DNA from: Flectonema sp. DT1601
Lineage: Eukaryota
Length of the DNA stretch: 64,000 nt
NCBI GenBank assembly: GCA_964019425.1
Contig: OZ025792.1
Coordinates: forward strand, 1,364,001-1,428,000
Reading direction: 5' to 3'
The position numbers and the translations under genes were made by a program. Below the pieces are notes generated by a model. It made no database searches, was not told the DNA's origin, and saw only the letters and a list, made by a program, of their open reading frames with translations. This document shows positions 46,301 to 56,641 of the stretch, piece after piece. How positions within the stretch are numbered: the stretch's first letter is position 1; each line of letters opens with the position of its first letter.

Positions 46301-46781
46301 CTTTTTTTTGGAAAGGGGAAGGGGGGGAAAAAAAAAAAAAAAAAAAGAAGAAACTAAGAAGAAAATTGTACGTCAAATAATGTCATCGTGTTGAATGAAA
46401 ATAAAAACAATAATCGGAAATAGGCAATAAGAGATGCTACCTGAAGAGTTATGGAGTTTTAAAACTAGACGAAAGGGTAGTTCGTTTGTATTTCATAAAA
46501 ACACACACGAGGCAAAAAAATTTCTTTTCAAAGGCGACGGAGAGAGAAAAAAAGTGGAAAGCGAGGGGTTTCTTGGGTACATTGGCATAGCCATTGTACA
46601 TCTTTTATTACTTTTTTTTTTTTTTTTTTCTTTTCTTTTTTTTTTCTGAAAGTGACTAGAAAGTCGTGTCACCTCAAGACATTTCTCTTGCGAGAGAATC
46701 AAAGAGTAACAACAATATCACAACAAAGAGAAACAATGAGAATAGTGGTAGATATTAATACAGAGATACGATACTACGAAC

Positions 46782-47780
46782 TTACATCTTAAGATCAGGA
46801 TCCCATGAGAAGAGTGGCGACTCCATTGCCTCATACATTGGTGAGGCTACGCACGTAGACGTTGTAAAGTAAGGAACCTCAATCGGATCCTCTTCATCAA
46901 CAAGTGGCGGCATGTCGTCCTCCTCAACTGGTGGTGTCGACGACGGTGAAATATTCGATGATGAAGACGGAGAAACTGAAATACTATCATCAGACATTGG
47001 CATTGAAGTCGCTACTAACTTGAGTCCTGAATTCTTGGATACAAAGTCTCTGCAAACATGCAAGTTCGGACAGGACCTTCCAAACTTACATCTGCTGTTA
47101 ACGTGAGGAGTGCACAACTGATGGCTGTTTGATTCTGAACCAGCAGTCTGAGCTATCTTATCGTGAGGGACTTTAATTCCACAAAGAGTAATATCTTTTG
47201 TGTATCCACGATCTCCATGACTACCACAACATGGAGTACGAAGTCTGTACTCATCAAGATCACGAAGTTCACTGTGCTTAACGTGAATGTATTCACAGTT
47301 ACGGTCATCAGGACAGACACCAGTCTTTCCAAGTCCTGGGTTGTACATTCTGCACAAGTTGATTGGAGCAATTCTACCAGAACGAGCGTTACGCTTCGCC
47401 TTGTCGAGAGCTCTAGTACGTAAAACAGCAGTAAATCTAACGGCAAAGACTCTGTTTGTTGTGGTGTTACGGACTACTACTTCTCTCATGAAGTTGTCCT
47501 CTACCTCCACACAGTTCTTCTTACGCATCATAGCGACGAAATCTTTGTTTACGTGGAATGATTTGCACTTGCTGCTTTGTCCACATCTTCCTTTCAAATA
47601 CAATCCACACAGGCAGGCTCTGTGACTCGACTTCTTTTCTCCTCCCAACATTGCGTTGTAGTGATCATCGAATCCGACGGTTCTCTCAATCTGAGAAAGT
47701 GGTACTTCGTATGACATGTGAGTCTTTGCGAAAGGGTCTTTAATTATCATTGTTTGGATCATGTTGTTGTGGGTGTGCAT
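46782..47780 (-). CDS. CCCH zinc-finger (RNA-binding) protein, three fingers
   Basis: CGLYLKGRCGQSSKCKSFH, CRMY..CPDDRNCEYIH, CTPHVNSRCKFGRSCPNLH; PEST-like tail. Confidence 0.85.
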   Translation of the reverse strand: MHTHNNMIQTMIIKDPFAKTHMSYEVPLSQIERTVGFDDHYNAMLGGEKKSSHRACLCGLYLKGRCGQSSKCKSFHVNKDFVAMMRKKNCVEVEDNFMREVVVRNTTTNRVFAVRFTAVLRTRALDKAKRNARSGRIAPINLCRMYNPGLGKTGVCPDDRNCEYIHVKHSELRDLDEYRLRTPCCGSHGDRGYTKDITLCGIKVPHDKIAQTAGSESNSHQLCTPHVNSRCKFGRSCPNLHVCRDFVSKNSGLKLVATSMPMSDDSISVSPSSSSNISPSSTPPVEEDDMPPLVDEEDPIEVPYFTTSTCVASPMYEAMESPLFSWDPDLKM

Positions 47781-47982
47781 ATTAAGTTTTTTAGTTTATA
47801 GCTGATAAGTGTGTGGGGTGAGTAATATAACAAGTTGCTAGTTGTCGTTACTACGGAGTAAATGTGTTATTCTGATTAATCTAATAATAATAAATTGTAG
47901 TACCTGGCTGGTTAGAAAGAAATAATAACAAAACACTTGATGAGGTCACAATGAAGCTACGCACATTCCTGCGATCAGAAAA

Positions 47983-48014
<32 letters not shown>

Positions 48015-48652
48015 ATTTTAAACTATGTGCTTGTTGTTAGTGCGGAGTTTCCCGAAAAACACCGCGAACCGTAGAAAGGAATAAAATACGGAATGAAGGA
48101 CAGACTCATTCCTTCACTCACAGCGTTCGTAGAACAGAAACGGTTTTATTTGTTAACTCGAAGTTGATGTTTAAAATGAAAATGTAAAAACAACAAAAAG
48201 GAAACAAAATGGGGCGGACGAAGCTGCTACGCGAAAACGGGAGGGAGGAAACGCGCACCCATAACAGGTATCCATTACTGAGGCTGCACAGAAGCTGCAT
48301 AATCTTTTTTATCTTTTAAGGCATGCCATCTGTTCAGAAGTCAACCTGACATAAAAAGAATTAACACGACTCACCCGCAATGAAAGAAGTAGTGGGCACA
48401 CGAACACGTAGCGTTCCGTAAATTAAGAAAAGAAAATTCGTTCATCTGTCTTTAGAATAATTCGCTCACCAGACTACTCAGCAGAGAAAGGAGAAGTAAT
48501 ACAACAGGGGCAACCACGCACAGAAAAAGGGGGATGAAAGAAAAAAAGAAATCTTTTCGGATGACATCACTGAAGGGGAAGAAACAATGTCCTCGTGAGA
48601 AGCAGACCCTTTTGTCGTTCCTCTTTTTTTTTTTTTTTTTGCTTCATTACCA

Positions 48653-48685
<33 letters not shown>

Positions 48686-49619
48686 TAAAACATTAAAAAA
48701 ATGGGAGCGGGAGATAAAATTAGCTAATGAATAATACTATTTCACACTGTTTTTTTTTTTTTTCTTCACATATATAGCCTGAAAGATGAAAAGAGAAAAG
48801 AAGGAAAGAAAGGAAAGGGAAGGAACAACTCCCCACTCCCGCTCCCTGCTACTTGTATGTCATGATAGCCTCCCACTTTGAAGGAACTAAAAAGGGGAAC
48901 TCAGCAAAAGAGGGTGATATAGTGATTGGGGAAAACGTTTTTTTGTCATTGTTTTTTTTTTTTTTTTTTTTCTTTTTTTTTATAAAATTTTATTTTGGCT
49001 ACGAATTTGATTAAATTTACCATTATTTTTTTTCTTTTGTTTTTTTTCACACACAAAAAAAGAAAAAGGATGTAAGTTTCTCATCTATCACTTCCAAGAA
49101 CAGTTACATAAGTAACAAACGGCACAGATACAACGAGGACTTTCACTCTTCTTTTTTGTATGTAAATTGCTCCCCAACAGCGGCACGAGGAGATATATTC
49201 GTCAGGTTCCGATGCCTTATAAAATAACAAATAATTATCAAAATATCCTAAAAAGACTCTTTACTTTAGGGAAGCAAAAAAGTACAGGCAATTCGTAGGT
49301 TGATAGTTTGATAATGTAGAAACAGTAATGAACTTTATAATACTACAATGGGTAATCAGGTTAAATTCGTAGGGGGACCAAAAGTCATTTTTTTGTTACG
49401 TTTTTTTCACTTGAATTCTTTCGTTAAAAAGTTTTCTTTTTTTTTTTTTTTTTTTTACAGCATCATCACGTCTCACTCACCTGCTTCGTTTTTTTTTTTT
49501 TTTTCATTTATTATCTCTGTCTATAACCCTTTCTCATAAAACCACAAGACGGAACTGGAATCAGCTTTGACACATCAACTGTGGAATAAACTTGAAAGAA
49601 AGAGCTAACAAGAAGAATA

Positions 49620-51390
49620 TCATGCGAGATCAAGAAGCATTTTGCTTGGAGTCTCAAGGTATGATTTCCACACGTTCGAAAACCTAACCATAGTGGCACC
49701 GTCAATAACACGGTGATCGGCTGTCCAGGAGATGTAAAGGATGTTCTGGCTTTCAATTTCACCGTTTGCGTCGTATTTTGGGATCTTAACAACCTTACCC
49801 AGGGCTCCAATTGCTACCTGTGGAGGCATAATAATTGGAGATACGTATGTTCCACCAATAGATCCAATGTTTGATAAGGTAAAGGTACCTCCCTGAAGGT
49901 CAGAAGGTGTTAATGTGTTGGTCATTCCACGTTCTTGAAGACCAGCAAGTTCCTGAGATATTTCAAAAATAGTTTTCTGTTCAACATTCTTAATATTTGG
50001 AACAACAAGACCCTGCGCAGTGTCCATTGCGACACCAATGTTGTGTGCTCCCTTGTAAGTCAGTTCAGTGACATCAGAGTTTAAGGTACTGTTAACGACT
50101 GGGTATTCCTTCAATGCGAATGAAGCAGCCTTGATGAAGAACGGCATGTAACTCAACTTCGCTCCACGCTTCTCAACAACTGGTTTCAACATGGCTCTTA
50201 CTCTCACAAGCTCATTCAAGTTAATCTCATCGGCCGCTCCAAATGATGGAATCTTTAGGGACTCTGTCATCGACTGGACCATAACCTTAGTACGTCCCTG
50301 TTGTTGTTTTGTTAATGTGATGATTCACTTGAAGAGTAACACTCTTTATAAAGTAACTATCGCATACCATAATCTTTTCCATTCTGTCTTCTGGAGTGTA
50401 CTTCACAGCAGTTGACGCTGGAGCACTGCTGGACGATGTCTTTGCAGCAGCAACAGGAGTGGCAACACCCTCCATGAAGCTGTTGTTATGTTAGTTTTTA
50501 TTGTCATATTTTGAATTAGCAGTAAATAATACAAACAAATAATAAACATACTTAATAATGTCTTCCTTAGTAACACGTCCTCCCTTTCCAGTGGCAGGTA
50601 CCTGAGTAAGGTCAACCTTTTTTTCTGCAGCAATACGACGAACAGCAGGGGTAGCAAGTACCTTTTTACCGGCAGCAGATTGCGTGTAGAGACCACCTGA
50701 AGAGGAAGTTGATTTAGCAGCGACTGGGGCAGTAGTGGAAGCGGAAGAGCTGGAAGCTGGTGCCGAGGTGGTTGGAGCTGGGGTGGAACCTCCCTCAGTT
50801 GTGATCTGACAAATCGGTCCACCAACAGCAAGAGCTTCTCCAACCACTGCGGTGATGTTTTTAACAGTTCCTGAGAATGGAGATGGGATCTCAGCAGTAG
50901 CCTTGTCTGACTGAATTTCAATTAAGTTGTCGCCCTCAGACACAACATCTCCTTCCTTAGCAAAAACCTGAAGGACTTCAACTTCTTTGATGCCTTCAGC
51001 GATTTCCACCATGGCTACGGTCTCGAGAGCACCCCCAGAAGTTGAAGTCGCTGGTGCCGCTGAGACGGGTTCTGGTGTCGCTGATTCCTCACCTTCGACG
51101 TCGATATCAACAAGACCAGAACCTACCTGCTGCATGTCACCTACGTCAGTGTATATTTTTGTAATCTTACCAGTATATTTTGATGTAATTTCAGCCATTG
51201 CCTTGTCTGACTGAATCTCACACAACTTCTGAAATTCCTCAACAACATCTCCTTCTTTGACAAACCAATTCAGTACTTCAACTTCTTTAATACCTTCACC
51301 GATATCAGCCATCGGGAACGTAACAATTTCTAAGTTGGTAGCCGTCCTGCTAAAAAAGCGAGGCTGGATTTTGAGTACCCTGCGGAACAT
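49620..51390 (-). CDS. DBT: Dihydrolipoamide acyltransferase E2 of BCKDH (DBT) type with two lipoyl domains; 3 exons (51390-50552, 50479-50368, 50297-49620), 542 aa
   Basis: Presequence-like MFRRVLKIQPRFFSR. Two EGIKEVEV..IQSDKA lipoyl domains, E3-binding ATPAVRRIA..TGKGGRVTKED, and catalytic GTFTLSNIGSIGG and WTADHRVIDGATM. Exon lengths sum to 1629 nt, in frame. Confidence 0.92.
50298..50367 (-). other. GT-AG intron, 70 bp
   Basis: ATG|GTATGC ... TTAACAAAACAACAACAG|GGA; joins KIM-GRTKVMVQSM. Confidence 0.9.
50480..50551 (-). other. GT-AG intron, 72 bp
   Basis: AA|GTATGT ... ACTAACATAACAACAG|C with branch-like CTAAC; joins EDII-N-FMEGV. Confidence 0.9.
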
Positions 51391-52067
51391 TGTTTTATTA
51401 TTTACTACTGGAGGGGGACTATAAATAGATTTCAGGTGAAATACGAATTGTGATGATATTCCACAGTAGTTATGACATTAGTGATGTGACTCAGAACATT
51501 AAATGTGTTAGTAGCTGTGATGTGTAATATATGTCAGAGGATATCATTTGACTAATAAAGTAACAGTTCTCAGTCGCGTAAACTGTTTTTTTAAATCGAA
51601 TTCCGAACGTGAAGAGAAAATACGACTTCTGGGGAAGGAGAGACAGGGGCTCAACAGGAATGGGGGGGGGCAGAGACAACACACTTGTCCATTTTTTTTT
51701 AAATTTTTTTTTCATCCTTTTTTTTTTCCTTTTATGTATTGAACGTTTCCATCGTTTTGCTTCATTTCAATAATCAGAGAGAAACAAGAAAAAGGAGAAC
51801 CAGGGATGGTGAAAAAGTTAACAATGTAAAGCCTACTAACGGGGTGAAACTTTGACAATGTAAAAACAGTAACAACTTTAGGTATTAACATAAAACCAAT
51901 ATCAAGTACCAAAGCATAGTAAAGGGGGCGGGGGGGGAAAAAAATGAAAATCTTTATTACATACATGTATGAAACTCAAAAGCTTTTTTATATTCATTCC
52001 AGCGGAAAAAGCTCACGAATGAAAATCTTGTTTTGTTGAATACAATATTACTTTAAATTTACCAAAT

Positions 52068-52102
<35 letters not shown>

Positions 52103-52642
52103 GGCCATAAGAAAAGATTTTGATCGCAGAATAATTTAAATTTTCATATTTTAGTCAGTTTTGGGAGCAATTAATTTTTTTCATTTTTTTTTTTTTTTCT
52201 CTTTACCAGTTCCTAGGGATACTATTTTAAGAAGTTTTTACTCAAAAGAATGATACTTGAGAGGGAAAGAAGAAAAAAATAAGAGAAAAAAAATTGCACA
52301 GAAGAAAAATGTGAAAACAAACACCACAACGTCAAAGGAAAAGAACTAAAAGAAGAAATCCGACAAGTCGGAGTAGATAAAAGTGTGAAAGGGATGAATT
52401 GGGAAGCACTTGTTTATTCGTTTTTTTGTTTTTGTTTTTTTAAATTAATTCGAAATAACGATTCATCCCGAGAAGATTCCTTAATCTAAAAATCAACAAC
52501 AGGAACCACAACTACAGGTGTTTTGGTCACCAGAGCAAGTAGAAGGATATTCCTCGTGTCACCTGACTTGTTAAAAAACAGAACTAAGAAAACTCCACAG
52601 TGAATAAAATCGTTCATTGTCGTACTCTCTCGACTGACAATG

Positions 52643-52675
<33 letters not shown>

Positions 52676-53012
52676 CCGCAGTCGGAAACGTTTATAAATA
52701 ACCTTGTTGAACCCCTTCATTCACGCACCTAAAATAAAGGAGAGAAAAGTAAGCGCAAATAAAAAAGCTTTGCTAAGGGGATTGGGAGGGGCACATGTAT
52801 AATTTCTTAAGGGGAAAGAGGGAGGAGGTGGTTTTAAAGTACAGAAGATTTAAACGAGGCAAAGCTCAATTAATCTTTTTTCAGTTTTTTTTTTCCATTT
52901 ACTCCACAGCCACGATAGTGCCCGCGATTCAACGTGACTTTGTGGCACTCCCGTTTATTGGTTCTATTCTTTTTCTGCTAATTTTTTGTGTTGCGTCATT
53001 TCGTCCTATTAT

Positions 53013-56000
53013 TTAAATAGCACAAATGTCAGCACGTAGACCAGTCTCAAGGTTGTATCCCTTAATTGCAGCATCAGCAGTTGCTGAGTCAACGAGACCC
53101 TTGCGGCTGAGTTGAGCGAGTGTAGTGGCAACAATGGACTCGGTGTCCACTTCGAAGAATCGACGAAGGTGAGCTCTGGTGTCAGATCTTCCAAATCCAT
53201 CAGTTCCAAGAACGGTGTAGTCTCCTGGAACAGCTGCTCTGATAGTGTCGGGAAGAGCTTTCTGGAAGTCGCTGGCAGCGATGGTCAATTCAGGTCCACC
53301 TTCGAATTGTTCAGTCACAAAGGATTTTACTTCTGGTTCAGTTGGGTTGAGTCGACTAGTTCTAAGAGCAGCATTCATATCATTATGAAGTTCACCATAA
53401 GAAGTAACTGACCAAATATCACTCGAAATGTTGTATTGCTCATCAAGGATTGCTGCTGCGTCCTGGACCTGCTTCATGATCGAACCAGAACCGAGAAGAC
53501 GAACCTTAAGATCATGTTCTCCAACAGTTTTGAATTTATACATTCCCTTTGCAATTCCAGCGCGAACTCTGTCGAGATCTTCCTCTGGGAGTGCAGGCAT
53601 CGCTACATCCTCGTTGTAGAGCATGACGTAGTAAATTACATCCTTGTCTTCTCCCCACATCTCCTGAATACCATTCTCTAGAATGATGCTCACTTCATAG
53701 GCGAATGCCGGGTCAAAAGCACGGCAAGCAGGGTTACTCATAGCAATAAGAAGAGAGTGACCATCCTGATGTTGAAGACCCTCACCGTTAAGTGTGGTAC
53801 GACCAGCTGTAGCTCCCAACAAGAACCCACGTGCACGAGCATCGGCACCCTGCCAGATAAAGTCACCAACACGCTGGAATCCAAACATCGAATAAAAGAT
53901 GAAGAATGGAAGAGTAGGACATCCCTGTGAGGAGTATGATGTACCCGCTGCAATCCAGGTACACAGAGCTCCAGCCTCTGAAATACCTTCCTGAAGGAGC
54001 TGACCATCAGGAGCTTCCTTGTAGGTCAACAATGCACCAGCATCAACAGGTGTGTACGACTGTCCGAATGGTGCGTGAATCTTAAATTCAGGGAAGAATC
54101 CTTCAAGACCAAATGTACGAGATTCATCAGTAATAATTGGAACAACACGCTTTCCAAAGTGCTTGACCTTCATGAGGGAGCGAAGTACTTCTCCAAAGGC
54201 GATGGTAGTTGAGACAAGTCTTCCCTTTGATCCAGCATATAATTTATTGTATACTTCAGGACCTGGTATCTTTACGATAGAGCTGATTTCAACTGGAGAA
54301 CGTAATGGGAGGTATCCACCAAGAGCTTCACGACGCTCTTGCATATATTTTACTTCTTCAGATTCCGCACCAGGATGGCAGAAAACTTGTTTGTCAACGT
54401 TGCTGATTTGTTCATCAGTAAGTGGAATGTTGAGGGTGTCACGGAAGTCCTGCATAGCGGAATCGTCGATGTTCTTCATCTGGTGAACAGGGTTTCTTCC
54501 AACAAAGGTTTTGATGCTGTGACCCTTTAGAGTCTTTGCTAAGATAACTGTTGGACGGGCTCCCTCTTCAGCGTTTCTCTCCGCCTGTAGAAGGGCATTG
54601 TAGATCTTTTTTTTGTCGTGACCACCTGGGTTCATAAACGCCTCGAGAAGTTCCTCATCAGAAAGGTGAGAAACGCGTTCCAACAATTCTCCACGGAAGA
54701 TTTCCTTACGAATAAGTGCTCCGTCCATTTTTGCGGCAAGTCGCTGACAGTCACCGTCAGGGTGGGACTCGAGCGCGTCAACAAGCTTTCCGTCATTGTC
54801 AGCTTCAACCAACTTGTTCCAGGCGTCTCCCCAAACTAATTTGATGCAATCGAATCCAGCACCTCTGAACAAACCTTCAAACTCCTGAATAACTTTACTG
54901 TTTCCTCTGACAGGTCCATCAAGACGCTGGTAGTTACAGTTCACAATAAAGATCATGTTGTTAAGTCTTTCTCTACCAGCAACAGCAATGGCAGAGATTG
55001 TCTCAGACTCGTCCATTTCACCGTCACCGACGAATGCCCAAACTCTGCTCTTCGATGTGTCAGCCAACTCTCTCAGGTGGAGGTATCTGAAGTAACGAGC
55101 CTGGTGAACGGCCTGAAGTGGACCGATACCCATGGAAACAGTTGGGTTCTCCCAAAAGTTAGGCATCAGTCTAGGGTGAGGGTATGATGAAAGACCTTCT
55201 CCGGCCTGACACTCCATTCTGAAGTTTAAGAGTTGATCACAAGAAAGTCTGCCTTCCAAAAAGGCACGCGCGTAGGCACCAGGAGATGCGTGACCCTGAA
55301 TGTAGATGCTGTCTCCCTCTCCGCCGCCATATCCCTTTCCTCTGAGGAAGTGATTTTGGAGAACTTCCCAAATGTCAGCAACAGATGCGAATGTACCGAT
55401 GTGACCACCCAAACCAGCATTACGCTTGTTAGCGTCGGAAACCATAACAGCAGCGTTCCATCTAACCATGCTGCTAATTCTTGATTCAATATCGAGATCA
55501 CCTGGGTATTCACTCTCATTCTCACTTGAGATAGTGTTTTGAAATGGAGAAATTACAGGCTGACGAATAGGAACTTCAAGCTTCTGCGCTTCCTTCAATA
55601 AGTCATGTAATAAGAATCTTGCTCTTGAAGCTCCGTGGTGGTTGACAACAGCCTCGAGTGACTCAAACCATTCTGCGGTCTCATCGATGTCGAATTTTGG
55701 GGACGCTGGTTTGATGTTTCTCATTGCGGAAGGCATGATGTTACGATGTCCTCCACCGATATCAATTGAGGATGAGAATTTAGGCATCTCACCTCTCAGA
55801 GAACTCATGAACTCATCGTAACCAATATCACCACTATTGTCGCGGTCGAAGTAATCAAATAGTTCTCCTACCTCCTCGTCAGAGGTCTCAATTCCCATCT
55901 TCTTTAATAGGGAGCTGAACTCATCAAATTCCAAGGTTTTTGCTCCATCGCTTGCTGCAGTTCCAAACCATTCGGTCTTCATGGCAACCATTCCCTTTCC

Positions 56001-56114
56001 CATTGTTTTCTGTCTCTCAGAGACAACTTGTTGTATTCTACGAAGACACTCTGGCTCTGCGACTGCCTTTCTAAACATTCGCTGGCCCGACACAGCCTTC
56101 AGCCCTCTCAACAT
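53013..56114 (-). CDS. aceE: Homodimeric (prokaryote-type) pyruvate dehydrogenase E1 with N-terminal presequence and EF-hand pair
   Basis: GGHIGTFAS, QGHASPG, GLSSYPHPRLMP, TVSMGIGP, TPP motif GDGEMDE..NCNYQRLDG, DESRTFG, EGLQHQDG, LGTDGFGRSDTR. EF loop DRDNSGDIGYDE at aa 90-101. Intronless. Confidence 0.95.
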   Translation of the reverse strand: MLRGLKAVSGQRMFRKAVAEPECLRRIQQVVSERQKTMGKGMVAMKTEWFGTAASDGAKTLEFDEFSSLLKKMGIETSDEEVGELFDYFDRDNSGDIGYDEFMSSLRGEMPKFSSSIDIGGGHRNIMPSAMRNIKPASPKFDIDETAEWFESLEAVVNHHGASRARFLLHDLLKEAQKLEVPIRQPVISPFQNTISSENESEYPGDLDIESRISSMVRWNAAVMVSDANKRNAGLGGHIGTFASVADIWEVLQNHFLRGKGYGGGEGDSIYIQGHASPGAYARAFLEGRLSCDQLLNFRMECQAGEGLSSYPHPRLMPNFWENPTVSMGIGPLQAVHQARYFRYLHLRELADTSKSRVWAFVGDGEMDESETISAIAVAGRERLNNMIFIVNCNYQRLDGPVRGNSKVIQEFEGLFRGAGFDCIKLVWGDAWNKLVEADNDGKLVDALESHPDGDCQRLAAKMDGALIRKEIFRGELLERVSHLSDEELLEAFMNPGGHDKKKIYNALLQAERNAEEGARPTVILAKTLKGHSIKTFVGRNPVHQMKNIDDSAMQDFRDTLNIPLTDEQISNVDKQVFCHPGAESEEVKYMQERREALGGYLPLRSPVEISSIVKIPGPEVYNKLYAGSKGRLVSTTIAFGEVLRSLMKVKHFGKRVVPIITDESRTFGLEGFFPEFKIHAPFGQSYTPVDAGALLTYKEAPDGQLLQEGISEAGALCTWIAAGTSYSSQGCPTLPFFIFYSMFGFQRVGDFIWQGADARARGFLLGATAGRTTLNGEGLQHQDGHSLLIAMSNPACRAFDPAFAYEVSIILENGIQEMWGEDKDVIYYVMLYNEDVAMPALPEEDLDRVRAGIAKGMYKFKTVGEHDLKVRLLGSGSIMKQVQDAAAILDEQYNISSDIWSVTSYGELHNDMNAALRTSRLNPTEPEVKSFVTEQFEGGPELTIAASDFQKALPDTIRAAVPGDYTVLGTDGFGRSDTRAHLRRFFEVDTESIVATTLAQLSRKGLVDSATADAAIKGYNLETGLRADICAI

Positions 56115-56641
56115 TTTGCAATACAGAGAATTAATAAGACTGAGTAAATGAAATGTGTTTTTAAAGGAACATTACAAAGACATGCAAACAATAATAAGAT
56201 TATATTGACACCTTTTCCGTTCAAAAGAAACTAACCAAATTCGTAACCTGGAGAGATGAAGAAGAAATTGTTTGTTGTTTTTGTTGTTGTTGTTTTTGGA
56301 TTGATTTGCGAACTATCATTTAAAGTATTGCACAGATAATCGCGCCTGGATCACAATTATATTAAAAGGTTACTAAATAAATTGACACTCTTTGCAAACA
56401 ATTAATTCAGTACCGCAGATAAGATTCACTAATTCAAACTTTAACAAGAGCAAAAACGGCCACCTCGAAGAAAGCGTAGGCGCTCTCTGGGCGAGGAGTA
56501 GACGGTTGTTATGAAAATAACTGCCCGACTACCTTCTCTTATTGGATGGAGAAGAAGAAGGGGAAAAAAGGGGGGGAAGGGAAACAATAAGATAACAGTA
56601 CCAAACAACAACAAGTCTTTCAACATATACATAACAGGTTG

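Noticed and set aside
41526..46702. Many 60-137 aa ORFs rich in Phe/Lys in this and other intergenic regions
   Set aside because: Translations of poly-T/poly-A runs; no domain signal.
53013..56114. Bacterial contamination as the source of aceE
   Set aside because: Has a presequence-like N-terminus and EF-hand fusion, host-like homopolymer flanks, and collinear intron-containing eukaryotic neighbours.
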